Below, in pieces: positions 27,644-37,741 of a stretch of DNA of 60,963 nt. This DNA is from a virus (taxonomy: Duplodnaviria; Caudoviricetes). The position numbers and the translations under genes were made by a program. How positions within the stretch are numbered: the stretch's first letter is position 1; each line of letters opens with the position of its first letter. The notes beneath the pieces were generated by a model that was not told the DNA's origin, made no database searches, and worked only from the letters and a program-made list of their open reading frames with translations. The stretch spans positions 1 to 60,963 of IMG/VR virus record IMGVR_UViG_3300050004_000011. One strand, given 5' to 3'.

Positions 27644-27895
27644 TCACGCTTCCTCCTCAGCGGTCTCGACCCACGTGGCCTCGAAGTCAACGTTCACACC
27701 GCCCGGGCCGACGGCAAGCGGCACGCCCGACCAATCGCCTCCGGTCGGCACACGCACGGTCAGCTTGATGGTGATCTGCTCTGATTCCCAGGGGGCCTCT
27801 TCTGGCAATAGCGCCTGCACCACGGCTTTCAGCTTGTTGACGGGGATGCTACCTTCAATGGTTGTGGTCTTTTTGCTGCGGGTGGTGCGGGGCAT
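27644..27895 (-). CDS. Small hypothetical protein
   Basis: GGAGG RBS before ATG. Confidence 0.55.
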   Translation of the reverse strand: MPRTTRSKKTTTIEGSIPVNKLKAVVQALLPEEAPWESEQITIKLTVRVPTGGDWSGVPLAVGPGGVNVDFEATWVETAEEEA

Positions 27896-27963
27896 GGGTC
27901 CTCCGGGGCGGTGATTGGTGCGGTCACTTTGACTGTGGCAGACACGGGACTGCGGCGCCAGTA

Positions 27964-28509
27964 TTATTCGCCCGTCTCGGGATTGAATAGTCCACACGCA
28001 ATCCGCGTACAGACGAACTCGAGGGACATCTCGTCAATCCAGGTAGTTGGGTTGCTGGGTGCCGACAGCAGGTGCCCCGCGGCTTCAACGTGTTCGTGCG
28101 CGGTGTGGCCCCGGTGCATCAGCAGTGCGTGGCCGAGCTCGTGCATCAGGGACCCGCCTGAGCAATACCCCGACGGCTCTGTGGCGATCTCAATGCGCAC
28201 CAACCGCCCGGACATCTTGTGGACCAAACCCCCACACAGTTCCCTGTCCAGGTCGAACACCTGCTGCAGAAACACCACCGGCACCCCGCCCCCCGCCACT
28301 TCCACAGGCACACCCGTTGCAGTTGTCCAGCGCGCTGCCGCTGCTTCGACGACACCGGGGCGGTCTTCATTGGCCTGCAACCTCAGTGGCTGTGGTTCTT
28401 TGTCGCCTGCGGCACTACATCCAAAAAGAAACGCCGCCCCGAGTAGAGCGGCGTATCGCGTGGAAAGGGTCATCAGACTCATATTGATCTGATCGACCGG
28501 TGCGGTCAA
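27964..28509 (-). CDS. Lipoprotein with HExxH metallopeptidase motif
   Basis: LFGC lipobox; LMHELGHAL..GH. Confidence 0.6.
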   Translation of the reverse strand: MTAPVDQINMSLMTLSTRYAALLGAAFLFGCSAAGDKEPQPLRLQANEDRPGVVEAAAARWTTATGVPVEVAGGGVPVVFLQQVFDLDRELCGGLVHKMSGRLVRIEIATEPSGYCSGGSLMHELGHALLMHRGHTAHEHVEAAGHLLSAPSNPTTWIDEMSLEFVCTRIACGLFNPETGE

Positions 28510-28513
28510 ATCT

Positions 28514-29722
28514 TTATGGCCAATCTATGCCGTCCGACTGGTACACCTGGCTGCCCCTCGTGAAATACAGCTTCCCGTTGGCGATCCCGAATGCGGCCAC
28601 TGTGTTGCCAGGGAACACCATTGGTGAGCTCCACGTGAGCCCCCCGTCCTGGCTGGCAATAGCTGTCGTGTTCACCGCGAACAATGAGTTGGGGCACAGA
28701 ATGACCATGAGACCTGTGTTCTTACACACGAGTAGTCTGACCTTACTGTCTGGCAATGCAGATGACAGTGGGAAGCCGTCATCCGCCAGCGTGATGTTGC
28801 GTACAGTGCTCCACGTGTTGCCGTCCGTGCTCGAGCTCACCCGCAAACTTGTGCCTCCGGCGTACGCGAAGACGTGCCAAATGGTGTCCCCGCCGTTGCC
28901 AGCGACCCACCCAGCATTGGCCGCTGTGATTGACGCGGTGTCGACGGAGCCACTGGCATCCGACCACGACGTGCCGCCGTTGGTGGACCTGCTGAACTTG
29001 GGGAACAACCCTCCGTCGATACCGCACACCACTACCGTGCCGTTGGAGAGCACCGCCATGCCGGATTGCGTTGAGTCTAGGCTGGTGCTGGCGCTCGACC
29101 ACGCTGTGCCGTTCGCACTGAAGTGCACTAGGGCGCCGGTGGAACGATTGCACAGGAAGCGTGCGGAGGACGGATCATAAACGATCGTCTGCGGCACACC
29201 TCCAATAGCCGCGCCGGCAGTCCACGTCTGGCCCCAGTCATCTGAAAAACAATTGTTGTTGCCACCGGTACCTACCGCAATCACCCGCGGCGTGGCGGCC
29301 CCGTTGTCGGCAGCATCAGTAACCAAACTGGTGATACTGGCGAGCGTCCCTCCCAGCGAAAAGTAGTCGCAGTCGTAGGACTCGATCACCCCTGTGGAAT
29401 TGCACTTCAAGGCCAACGTCTGAAGGCCTTGTGAGATTGCGTTGCTAGCGTGCCACGCGGCCATACTGGCGCCAGTGTCGTCGATCGTGGTACCAGCCAG
29501 TCTCATCTCGCGTAGGCGCAGGTTGACGACGCCGGCCTGGCGCTTCTGTGGTTTAGTGAGTTGGTTGAACACGTAGTTGAGGTGCTGTGCGCCTGCACGA
29601 CCGGGCACGAAGCCTTCGGAGCTGAGCGCAACACCCGGGTCCACTTTCGTGGGGGTGCCTACGGCGCTACCATTTGTGTAGTTGTTGTCGCTAGCCCATT
29701 CGCGGGGGATGGTGATGCTCAT
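28514..29722 (-). CDS. Tail fibre/receptor-binding protein with Asp-box repeats
   Basis: SDDWGQTW, STNGGTSW, STDGNTW, SQDGGLTW; follows baseplate genes. Confidence 0.7.
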   Translation of the reverse strand: MSITIPREWASDNNYTNGSAVGTPTKVDPGVALSSEGFVPGRAGAQHLNYVFNQLTKPQKRQAGVVNLRLREMRLAGTTIDDTGASMAAWHASNAISQGLQTLALKCNSTGVIESYDCDYFSLGGTLASITSLVTDAADNGAATPRVIAVGTGGNNNCFSDDWGQTWTAGAAIGGVPQTIVYDPSSARFLCNRSTGALVHFSANGTAWSSASTSLDSTQSGMAVLSNGTVVVCGIDGGLFPKFSRSTNGGTSWSDASGSVDTASITAANAGWVAGNGGDTIWHVFAYAGGTSLRVSSSTDGNTWSTVRNITLADDGFPLSSALPDSKVRLLVCKNTGLMVILCPNSLFAVNTTAIASQDGGLTWSSPMVFPGNTVAAFGIANGKLYFTRGSQVYQSDGIDWP

Positions 29723-30312
29723 AGAATCCTTACGTCAAATAGTCCGGGGTCAACGCTCCCCGGGTCGGTGGTGTCGTCCAGGTCAATGCCCGTTGATTCG
29801 TAGTCGTAGTCTCCGTCATCGATGTGACTGATGAACACATGCATCCGCACGCCCAACGACCTGGTCCTCGGCAGGAGGAAGATCAGCGCCTCAATCTCTG
29901 CTTCGGTGAACGCCTCGTGCGGCAACACTGCCATCGTGGCGGGTGAGTAATGGTGCACCTGAATCTCAGGTGTACTACCGGTCGCGATGTGGATGACGTT
30001 GATCAGGTCATCCGTCAGAGTGCGCGACTTGTTGGCCGCGATCTTAGCGCGGATGACAGCTCGGTAGATCTCATCATCGGCCCAGAAACGCGGCTGGCCT
30101 ACGATGCGTCCCAGCACGTTCAGTCGCGCCGTGTCGGCGTTGTCGATGTGGTGGATCTCGAGCACTTCCCACGCGGCGTCCTCGAGCTCTTGCACCCTGC
30201 GCGTCATTGCGAGCAGCAGGCTGGCAATGCGCGGACGCCCCCAGAAAGGGCCCACGAGTTTCACGAGCGCTGCGTGGAAGTGCTCGTTGCCGGTGATGGC
30301 GGTGAGTGCCAT
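29719..30312 (-). CDS. Baseplate wedge protein (DUF2612-like)
   Basis: IDNADTARLNVLGRIVG..DDEIYR..I.AKI. Confidence 0.75.
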   Translation of the reverse strand: MALTAITGNEHFHAALVKLVGPFWGRPRIASLLLAMTRRVQELEDAAWEVLEIHHIDNADTARLNVLGRIVGQPRFWADDEIYRAVIRAKIAANKSRTLTDDLINVIHIATGSTPEIQVHHYSPATMAVLPHEAFTEAEIEALIFLLPRTRSLGVRMHVFISHIDDGDYDYESTGIDLDDTTDPGSVDPGLFDVRIL

Positions 30313-30800
30313 CAGCGCGGCTCCGCCAGCATGGCGCGGAAGCGGTTCATGTCCACCAGCTTGCCGGGGCAGGTCTTCTTCGGGTCAGGGGCACCGAACA
30401 GCACCACCTCGCGATGGCCAATGAAATGCGCCCAGGGAATGCCGAAACGCTTCTGCAACGCCCAGCACAACTCGAACAGACTGTCGTACTGCGCGAGCGT
30501 GAAGTCGCGGATGTCCCCGTCCCCGGCCAGTCCGATCCCGGTGCTGTTGGTGTTGAAGCCCTTAGCGTGCGAGCCCACCAGTTCCAGTGGGCGACCGAGC
30601 TCCACGAGCCCGTTCATGCGGATCCAGAAGTGGTATCCGATGTCATTCCAGCCGTTCCCGGTGCGGTGCCACGCGCGGATCGCCGCCGCGCTAGTGTCGT
30701 TGTTCACGCCGTCGCCCTCGGTGTGGATGACACCGAACGTGATCGTGCGGACACCCGCGCCGCGCCGAACGGCGTCAAGAACTTCAGCCGGAAGACTCAT
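30312..30800 (-). CDS. N-acetylmuramoyl-L-alanine amidase (endolysin)
   Basis: VIHT, GWNDIGYH, GSHAKGFN, GHRE, KTCPG. Confidence 0.9.
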   Translation of the reverse strand: MSLPAEVLDAVRRGAGVRTITFGVIHTEGDGVNNDTSAAAIRAWHRTGNGWNDIGYHFWIRMNGLVELGRPLELVGSHAKGFNTNSTGIGLAGDGDIRDFTLAQYDSLFELCWALQKRFGIPWAHFIGHREVVLFGAPDPKKTCPGKLVDMNRFRAMLAEPR

Positions 30801-31041
30801 CGGGCGAGCTCCCCCCGGACGGCGGCAGCGATTTCCCGGAGCCAGCCCGCGGTCGCGCGCGGGCAACTACCGACAGACCCAACTCTAGTGACGCCTGTGT
30901 CAGTTCCCTGATGTCGTCCTTGTGCTCTTCGTGAAGACGATCGAGCTGCTTGCGCAGGCTGTTTGTCTGCTTCCACAGGACTGTCACCACTCCTGCCAGA
31001 GTTGAGATCGCGCCGAGTAGTGTTCCGTGCCATGTATCCAA
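30784..31041 (-). CDS. Small single-TM protein (possible holin/antiholin)
   Basis: N-terminal TM plus coiled coil, just upstream of the amidase. Confidence 0.45.
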   Translation of the reverse strand: MDTWHGTLLGAISTLAGVVTVLWKQTNSLRKQLDRLHEEHKDDIRELTQASLELGLSVVARARPRAGSGKSLPPSGGSSPDESSG

Positions 31042-31056
31042 GATCCTTTCGAAGCC

Positions 31057-31458
31057 TCAGAATGACATCCAAACGGTACTGCCGACATAAACCAACGCCA
31101 TGCGTGCGTAGTTGGATGTCATTGAGGCAGTTCCGCCTGTCGCCAACGTTGCGCCTGTAAGCACGGCAGTGATGGTGCCTGGGTCGGACGTGCCTTCTAC
31201 GTCTAGGATTTGCACGTCACGACGTCCGCTAGCAGACGGTAGCGGTAACGTGATGCTGCGCGCGCCACTGCCGGTCACCAGGATCACCGGCGACTTCCCG
31301 TCCCACGTACCGCTGCCTGCGATGATCTGCTGCTGCGGGTGGTACTCCAGGTTGGTGCCTGCCGCGTCCACGTGCACGGTGTACCCGGCCTCGCTGGCGA
31401 TCGGCGCGTTGATGCCGTTCGTGTAGTTCTGGATCAAAGCAAAATCGAGTGCGGTCAT
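31057..31458 (-). CDS. Putative tail/virion protein
   Basis: ITLPLPSASG beta-rich; follows baseplate J. Confidence 0.5.
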   Translation of the reverse strand: MTALDFALIQNYTNGINAPIASEAGYTVHVDAAGTNLEYHPQQQIIAGSGTWDGKSPVILVTGSGARSITLPLPSASGRRDVQILDVEGTSDPGTITAVLTGATLATGGTASMTSNYARMALVYVGSTVWMSF

Positions 31459-31459
31459 T

Positions 31460-32632
31460 TTAGGATGCGTCTCCAGTCACGACGATGTCTGACGCATCGA
31501 AGGTCGCGATCTCGTCCGAGTCGATTGAGATGTTGGCGGTGCCGCTCGGGCTTGCCGCGATGCCGGTCTGCACGAAAGTGACGTCGTCCACGCCGTCCAC
31601 AGCGAACACGGCCGATAGGATCTTGTAGTAGATGACGTCGTCGCCCACGCCCAGAGTGGCAACAGCCTCGAGGATGGCGTTCTGAACGTCCTCAGCGGCC
31701 ACGCCAACGGCAGACACCACTTCGACGTCCACGAAGATGGGAACCGCTGTGGCGCGTTCGAACGCGACGTTGGTCGTGGTGCCGTCGGCCTTCGTCGCCG
31801 TGCCGCTCTCGCCGCCAAGGGCTGGAATACCTGCCGGGCGCGTGTCGTGAATGGCCTGCGCGATCTCGTCGTCATCGGCTGCACCGGGGTCACCGTCCCA
31901 CACCACCACGCGGAAGCTGTGCGGCGACAGCGCGCCCACCGTCGCGTCAGTGGTGTTCTCCTCCACCAGCACCTGCTCGACGCCGTCCACCTGCAGCACG
32001 TCGGCGCGCATGGCGTCCAGGGTACCGCTGCCGGCGCGCGCCAGGCTCGCCTCGCGCTCCGCGCGCAGGTCTTCGATGTCCTGCACGTCACTGCCGGGCG
32101 TGGCATCCGCGGCGTTCGTGACGCTGTTCCAGCCCGCCACGCTACCCGCGATGATCGTCAGCGTGCCGGCGGCCGCGCTGAACTCGCTGCCCGCGCTCTC
32201 TGCCTCGAACACCGCCGAGTAGTTGCCTGCCGTGGTGCTGACGACGGCGTCGCGATTCACCCAGCGGTTGGCGGGCTCGTCCACCACGTGCGCGACCAGG
32301 TCGCCGGCGGCGTACGTCTCGCTGGCGTCCAGGTTCACGGTACACGTGCAGAGACCCTTACTCTCCCCGTCGCGCGTGACGCCCGTCAGTAGGCTCAGCG
32401 CAACCAGGCGGGCGTCCGTGGCGTTGTCGGGGTCGAAGCCATTGACGGCCTCCTCGAGGACCTCCCAGGCCTGCGCCAGGTGGTCCGCGAAGATGCGCAC
32501 GATGTTGCCGATCGCCGTCGACTCCGACACGTCGAGCTGTGCCGAAATGGTCCCGCGCAAATCGGTGGCGATGTCGGCGGCGATCTCCTCCTGGAGAGCT
32601 CGCTCGAAGCCTTCGGCTGTCAGGCCGCTCAC
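31460..32632 (-). CDS. Baseplate J-like protein
   Basis: GLTAEGF, FDPDNA, GWNSVTN, GTLDAMRA, PHSF, PAGI. Confidence 0.85.
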   Translation of the reverse strand: MSGLTAEGFERALQEEIAADIATDLRGTISAQLDVSESTAIGNIVRIFADHLAQAWEVLEEAVNGFDPDNATDARLVALSLLTGVTRDGESKGLCTCTVNLDASETYAAGDLVAHVVDEPANRWVNRDAVVSTTAGNYSAVFEAESAGSEFSAAAGTLTIIAGSVAGWNSVTNAADATPGSDVQDIEDLRAEREASLARAGSGTLDAMRADVLQVDGVEQVLVEENTTDATVGALSPHSFRVVVWDGDPGAADDDEIAQAIHDTRPAGIPALGGESGTATKADGTTTNVAFERATAVPIFVDVEVVSAVGVAAEDVQNAILEAVATLGVGDDVIYYKILSAVFAVDGVDDVTFVQTGIAASPSGTANISIDSDEIATFDASDIVVTGDAS

Positions 32633-33027
32633 GCTGCCGCCGCCACGAAATCAAGGGTGTCTGTAATCACTGCACCGTCCGTCACCACTGCGAAGTCCAC
32701 ATATAGGGTAGCATCTGTGGTCGTTTTGTCGACACGTAGGGTCAGTTTCCGCACGCTGATCACCCCCGGGGTCTGGATGAGCATTTCGTAGAACCGGCGG
32801 CGAACGAGCTCCACCGAGGCGCCCGCCACCAGGATCTCGTCGAAGTAGGGCATACCTACGTTGAGGTCATATCGCCAGGACCCCTTGTACGTGGCGGCGC
32901 GCACCTTGATGTTTTGGCGCACCTTCTCGGCCGCGCCCACGAGTACGAAGTCCCGCCCGTCGTCGGTGAGCTCGAGATCGCCGAGAACTGGAAACCCGCG
33001 GAAGAACGTCACTTGGGCCCCCACCAC
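32629..33027 (-). CDS. Baseplate wedge/sheath initiator (gp25/W-like)
   Basis: YKGSWRYDLNVGMPY..TPGV; synteny. Confidence 0.7.
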   Translation of the reverse strand: MVGAQVTFFRGFPVLGDLELTDDGRDFVLVGAAEKVRQNIKVRAATYKGSWRYDLNVGMPYFDEILVAGASVELVRRRFYEMLIQTPGVISVRKLTLRVDKTTTDATLYVDFAVVTDGAVITDTLDFVAAAA

Positions 33028-33145
33028 AGGAAGGCCAGCACGATACCGAAAGCGAGCACTGCTGCGCAGTCCGCCACGGCGTTGCGTAGCATCGATTTGA
33101 TGAATCCCATGGGTACCACTTCCTTTACTACTGGCGGGGTGCTGG

Positions 33146-33796
33146 TCACGTGGCCTTTACTTTCGTGGCTCCGACGGAGAGCCCAGCCACGTAAGCGACC
33201 TTGGCGGCGTTGAGCGCAGCCACGAATGCGGGTCCGCCGCCGGGCGCTGTGATGCTGCCGGCGGCGCTGATGATGAGATCGAGCAAGTCAGTCATTCCAG
33301 CCTGCGTCGGGGTCTTCAACGCGACCGGGTCGCTGGCGCTATCGCTGCCCAGGTGCACGGCGCTGCTGTGCGCGAGCGTCACGTGCCCTCCAGTGACTGC
33401 CATGGGCGAGCCCTCGCGCCGCAGACCGGGGATGGCGACGGCGTTCAGGTCGTGCCGCGCCAGCATCTTGGGGGCGCTCACGCTGCCCGTGTCCCACCAG
33501 CCCGAGAAGTCGCTCTCGCTGAAGAGCACCATCACCGTGTCGCCGGCGGCGAGCGGCACGTGCAGGCCGCCCGAGGCCCCGCCGGGCCAACACACAGGTA
33601 CGTCGTCCAGCACCGGCACGGTAGTCATCTCTCCGTTTTCACCCTTGAGCTGCACCGCCAACTGGACGGACGCCACTTGCGTGGTGCTGTCGTAGCTCTT
33701 GACGATGCCGGGGCAGGACGTGTGAATGCGTTCCGCTAGTTGGTCCTGCACCGCACGCAGGATCTCGGTCCAGTCCGGATCGTTGATGTCACTCAT
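33146..33796 (-). CDS. Baseplate spike (Gp138-like)
   Basis: HTSCPGIVKSYD, DVPVCWPG, GD.V.VLFSE, RHDLNAVAIPG. Confidence 0.85.
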   Translation of the reverse strand: MSDINDPDWTEILRAVQDQLAERIHTSCPGIVKSYDSTTQVASVQLAVQLKGENGEMTTVPVLDDVPVCWPGGASGGLHVPLAAGDTVMVLFSESDFSGWWDTGSVSAPKMLARHDLNAVAIPGLRREGSPMAVTGGHVTLAHSSAVHLGSDSASDPVALKTPTQAGMTDLLDLIISAAGSITAPGGGPAFVAALNAAKVAYVAGLSVGATKVKAT

Positions 33797-34788
33797 AGCG
33801 ATGCCGCCCTACTGCCCGCCGCTGGCGGCGTGCCCACCCACGACACGTACCAGTCCTGCCCGTTGCTGGAGCCGGTGTGCTGGGTCTTCTCGACGATGAA
33901 GTTGCCCGTCACGCGCGTGCTCTCGACTCGGAATACCCTGCCGGGCAAGAGGTCCGCATTCAAGAGGCTTTTGCCTGTCACCTTGCCGAACTTGTCGATC
34001 TGCGGCGTGTCGATAAGCCCTGTCTCTGGCGTCAGTAGTGGGCCTGTCCCCGGCACCGTGGCGGTACCGACTGGGCCTGCGTAAAATGCGCCATCCTGCA
34101 CACTCCACCCCATGCCCACCGAGCGCATCAATTGCTCGAGATTGGTGGCGCTGTCGCCGTGCATGGTGATCGCCTTCGGCAGCGTGCGGCCTCCCGCGAG
34201 AAACCCACCCACCTCGAGCGCGGCGAGAGTGTTCTTGAGACCGCCCTCCCCTACCCCGAGCGTGGTCACCAGTGCTTTGACCACCGACGTCAATGGGGTG
34301 CCCTTCGGGAAGGTGCGGCTGATCTTGGCCGTCGTGATGCTGCGCTCCCCGTCTCCACCCGAGATCTGCGTCAACCAGTCAGGGCCTTGGCGCCAGGAGG
34401 ACACCTTGCGCAGGATGCCGAAGAACACCTGCCCCACACGATCGCCGTAACCGGCTTCGATACGCACGGTGACGCCGCCGTCCTGCGGGGCGAAGGCCAC
34501 GCCAGCCTTGGGCTTCTTAGGCTTCTTCGGATTCGTGACGGACAACTTCTTGGCGCGCACGGTGCCGGAGCCCTGCCCGAAGCCGCCGGATAGTTGCTCG
34601 AGCTCAGCGCGTGTGTCCTCCGACAAGTTGTAGATGAGCACGTTGGCGTTGTTCGGCGTGAGCGTGCGGTCGCGCTGCACGTTGAACGTGAACGACAGCG
34701 GGCGGAGCTCGTCCTCGCTGCCAAACTGCTTGTCGCCCACGGTCAGGCGAAAGCTGCGGCGGAAGAGGGTGTCCTTGGACAGTGTCAC
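33793..34788 (-). CDS. Baseplate hub protein
   Basis: PNNANVLIYNLS, IEAGYG, WSVQDG, TPETGLI. Confidence 0.8.
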   Translation of the reverse strand: MTLSKDTLFRRSFRLTVGDKQFGSEDELRPLSFTFNVQRDRTLTPNNANVLIYNLSEDTRAELEQLSGGFGQGSGTVRAKKLSVTNPKKPKKPKAGVAFAPQDGGVTVRIEAGYGDRVGQVFFGILRKVSSWRQGPDWLTQISGGDGERSITTAKISRTFPKGTPLTSVVKALVTTLGVGEGGLKNTLAALEVGGFLAGGRTLPKAITMHGDSATNLEQLMRSVGMGWSVQDGAFYAGPVGTATVPGTGPLLTPETGLIDTPQIDKFGKVTGKSLLNADLLPGRVFRVESTRVTGNFIVEKTQHTGSSNGQDWYVSWVGTPPAAGSRAASL

Positions 34789-35174
34789 AGGCCGTCCTCG
34801 AAGGTGATGCCATCTGCGGTGTTCTCAGCAGCTGTGGTTGACTCGGTGTAGTACAATTGACAACGCCCGCTCGGACCTAGATCGTACAATCCGGGCAGTT
34901 TGCGAAACGACTGACTGTCTCGCACGACGGACCACGCAGTCAGTTTCCCTGGCGGTCTTTCTGGCATTGCGGCGCGACGCAACAGGTCTGTACCAATGGT
35001 GACCAGTTGTCCTGTCAGGATGGCGACGCCGTCGAGCGTAGCCAAGTCGAACACCCACCCACCTCGGCGCTCGCCGAAACGAAAGGTGAACTGATAGTCG
35101 GTTCCCTCCAACTGCGTGCGGAAGACGTAGTGGGGTGTACCGTCAGTTAGTGTGGGGACTACTAGAATAGCCAT
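34785..35174 (-). CDS. Baseplate plug-like protein
   Basis: Size, synteny and YQFTFRF..W motif. Confidence 0.6.
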   Translation of the reverse strand: MAILVVPTLTDGTPHYVFRTQLEGTDYQFTFRFGERRGGWVFDLATLDGVAILTGQLVTIGTDLLRRAAMPERPPGKLTAWSVVRDSQSFRKLPGLYDLGPSGRCQLYYTESTTAAENTADGITFEDGL

Positions 35175-36023
35175 TTAGGGCCAAAAGGCTTTCTTCCACT
35201 GGTCAATGCCTGTGTTGACACGGTCGGTGGCCTTGGCGAGGTCACTGACCGGGGGCGGGGGCGGACCATGAATGGGTCCGACTGCCGATGGCTTGTTGCC
35301 TTTGTTCACCTTCGGCAGCGCGCGGAAGTCCGCGGGGTCGGGTAGCGACACGGTCGTGCCAGTGACCGTGCGGAACGCGCGTGCGGTCACTTTGAAGGTG
35401 CCCATGCCCGCCTTGCCCGCCTGCTGCAGCAACTCCACCTTGGTGAGCAAATAGTCGATGTAAAGCCTTCCCTTGAAGGACACGGTCACGAGCAGAGCGC
35501 CGTTCATGATCTCAACGAGACGGTCGTGCACATCGCCCACGCGATCCACTGCGCTGGCACTCTGCAGCGTGGACACGCGCAACGACGACGCTGTGGTCTC
35601 CACCTTGCTGCCCGACATCTGGTCCGAATTGCCGCCGGCCGCGCCGAGCAGACTGCTGATCGCGCCGCGAAGGCCTGTCGACAGTAACAGGAACCCGCCC
35701 GGCTGGAACGCGCTAGGCTGCACCTTGATGGGGTGCGTCTGGGCCTTCAGCTTCTGCCCCGGCGCCGAGATCTCTCCTGAGGTCATGGTGAAGCCGTTGC
35801 CCGCAGTCATGGGTGTCTGCGTGACCACCAGGTCCAGTGACAGTGACTCCGGCTGGATCACCACGTGATCTGTGATGACGGCCCCGGTCTCCACCACGTG
35901 GTCGGTCAGTTTCGCTTCGCGCGTGTCGTTGGCGGTCATCACCACGTCCACGTCCAACGTGCTGGTGTTGCCCGAGGCGTCCTGCCACGAGAACAGACTT
36001 TCGACTCTGGATTCAGAAGCCAT
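35175..36023 (-). CDS. Dit-like tail tube initiator
   Basis: TDHVVETGAVITDH motif; follows tape measure. Confidence 0.75.
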   Translation of the reverse strand: MASESRVESLFSWQDASGNTSTLDVDVVMTANDTREAKLTDHVVETGAVITDHVVIQPESLSLDLVVTQTPMTAGNGFTMTSGEISAPGQKLKAQTHPIKVQPSAFQPGGFLLLSTGLRGAISSLLGAAGGNSDQMSGSKVETTASSLRVSTLQSASAVDRVGDVHDRLVEIMNGALLVTVSFKGRLYIDYLLTKVELLQQAGKAGMGTFKVTARAFRTVTGTTVSLPDPADFRALPKVNKGNKPSAVGPIHGPPPPPVSDLAKATDRVNTGIDQWKKAFWP

Positions 36024-37741
36024 TACTGCGCCACCCCGAACGAAGCCCCGATGGCGTCCCTACCCCTGTCCGCGATTGCTGCGCGAGCAACAGCGTCACC
36101 TGCCCGGTTGGCAATATCTCTCGACACCTCTGGTGTGGCGCTACCTTGCACGACGATGTTGTTGTTGATGGTTGGTGCGGCACCGCCCCAAGGCACACTG
36201 CCAGCGCTGCCCGGCACACCCCAGGGCCTGTTGTTTACGCTCACCTCAGGCTCGCGAAACATCCCCCCGTGGTTCCTCATATTGGTTGTGGTGTCAGAGG
36301 ATCCCAGCCACCCGTTGACAGTGTCGTTTGCCCGACTGCTCCAACTCTTGATCATCTCAGGCAAATCGAACGACTTCATGTTGTCGATTCGTGCCTCTGC
36401 CTTGAAGGCAGGAGAGCCTTGCTCATACCTGCTGTCAGCTAGAACCGGAGAAAGGTTCTCTGCGTTGTGTCCTTCGTCCGGCTTGTCAACAGCACCTAGT
36501 TTGGCGATGCCTAGAAAATCAGCGACCTTGTCGCCCAAAGCCAAACGCAACGTGTCCCGAAGGGCATATCCGAGGTGTTCGATCTTTGCCTGGACGTACT
36601 CCACGGCTTTGCCAACCCACTCGACAGCGGAGTCGTAGAAGTTCTTCCACGTGGCGGATTGTCGTGCTGGATCTCCCAGCCACGAGAAGAAGTCTTTGAC
36701 CGACTCCCAAACCTCGCCGATCGCCTGACGCGCCTTCTCGGCACCACCCTCGCCGAAGATCTTCTCGAAGAAGCGTCCGATGATGCTGTCGCCGCCACGC
36801 ATGAACGTGACGAAGTCTTGCAGCACCAGGTACAGCGCGATGAACGGCGCCAGCGTCAGCAGCAAGTTGACTGCCAGCGCTCCGAACGCAACCGTCAACG
36901 CGCCCACCACGATGATGGCTAGCGCGATGAACGTGTTCATCGCTTCGCCCTTCTCGATCCACTCCTGTGTCCACTGGACCAAGTCACCAAGATGCTTGAT
37001 GAGCATCGTGAAAAACGGCATCATCTGCTTGATCAGCATGAGCCACTCAGTGGCGAAGCGCGTCTTGATGTTCTCGAAAGTTGGGGTCCGCTTCGCGAAC
37101 GCCCTGTCCAATTCCGGACCAGCGTCGCGGATGGCCTTCACCACGAGCTCCGAGGTGATCTTGCCGCTCTTCGCGAGCGACATGAGCTGGTCTTCGGTGC
37201 CGCCGGCGGCCCGCGCGATGATCTTGGCGAGCTCGGGCGCCTGCTCCTGGATCGAGCGGATCTCTTGCCCGCTCGCCTTGAAGTTGGTGCCGATGCCTTG
37301 CGCCAACTGGATGAGCGCCCCGCGCGACTCGCTGGCGGTGGCGCCGCTCAGAATCGTGGCCTGGTTCAGGCGGTGCGTAAAGTCGATGACCTCTTCCTGC
37401 TCGAGCCCCAGCCGCTTGGTGACCAGCGAGTACCTCTGGAAGAGCTCGGTCACGTCCTCGACAGGCGTGTACGTGTCCCGCGCGATCTTCACCACGCCGC
37501 GCTGGGCCGTGGTGAACTCGTCCGTCGTGGTCGTCACGTTGCGGATGCGGTTCTCGATCTGAGACCAGGCGTCCGCACTGTCCGTCAGCGCGCGCACCGA
37601 GAGCGCCGCCAGCGCGAAGCCGGCGATGCGCTGGAGCTGGTTGAACTTGACGACCAGTCGCGCGACGTTGCTCTGCGCTTCGATCAGTGGGGACTGATCG
37701 ATGTCGACGCCGAACCGGACAAAGATATCCCTGAGGCTCAA
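36023..37741 (-). CDS. Tape measure protein
   Basis: ALIQLAQG..QEIRSIQEQAP..GKITS tape-measure domain with TM segments. Confidence 0.88.
   Translation of the reverse strand: MSLRDIFVRFGVDIDQSPLIEAQSNVARLVVKFNQLQRIAGFALAALSVRALTDSADAWSQIENRIRNVTTTTDEFTTAQRGVVKIARDTYTPVEDVTELFQRYSLVTKRLGLEQEEVIDFTHRLNQATILSGATASESRGALIQLAQGIGTNFKASGQEIRSIQEQAPELAKIIARAAGGTEDQLMSLAKSGKITSELVVKAIRDAGPELDRAFAKRTPTFENIKTRFATEWLMLIKQMMPFFTMLIKHLGDLVQWTQEWIEKGEAMNTFIALAIIVVGALTVAFGALAVNLLLTLAPFIALYLVLQDFVTFMRGGDSIIGRFFEKIFGEGGAEKARQAIGEVWESVKDFFSWLGDPARQSATWKNFYDSAVEWVGKAVEYVQAKIEHLGYALRDTLRLALGDKVADFLGIAKLGAVDKPDEGHNAENLSPVLADSRYEQGSPAFKAEARIDNMKSFDLPEMIKSWSSRANDTVNGWLGSSDTTTNMRNHGGMFREPEVSVNNRPWGVPGSAGSVPWGGAAPTINNNIVVQGSATPEVSRDIANRAGDAVARAAIADRGRDAIGASFGVAQ

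Noticed and set aside
28514-29722. Diversity-generating retroelement target
   Set aside because: No reverse transcriptase and no template/variable repeat pair seen
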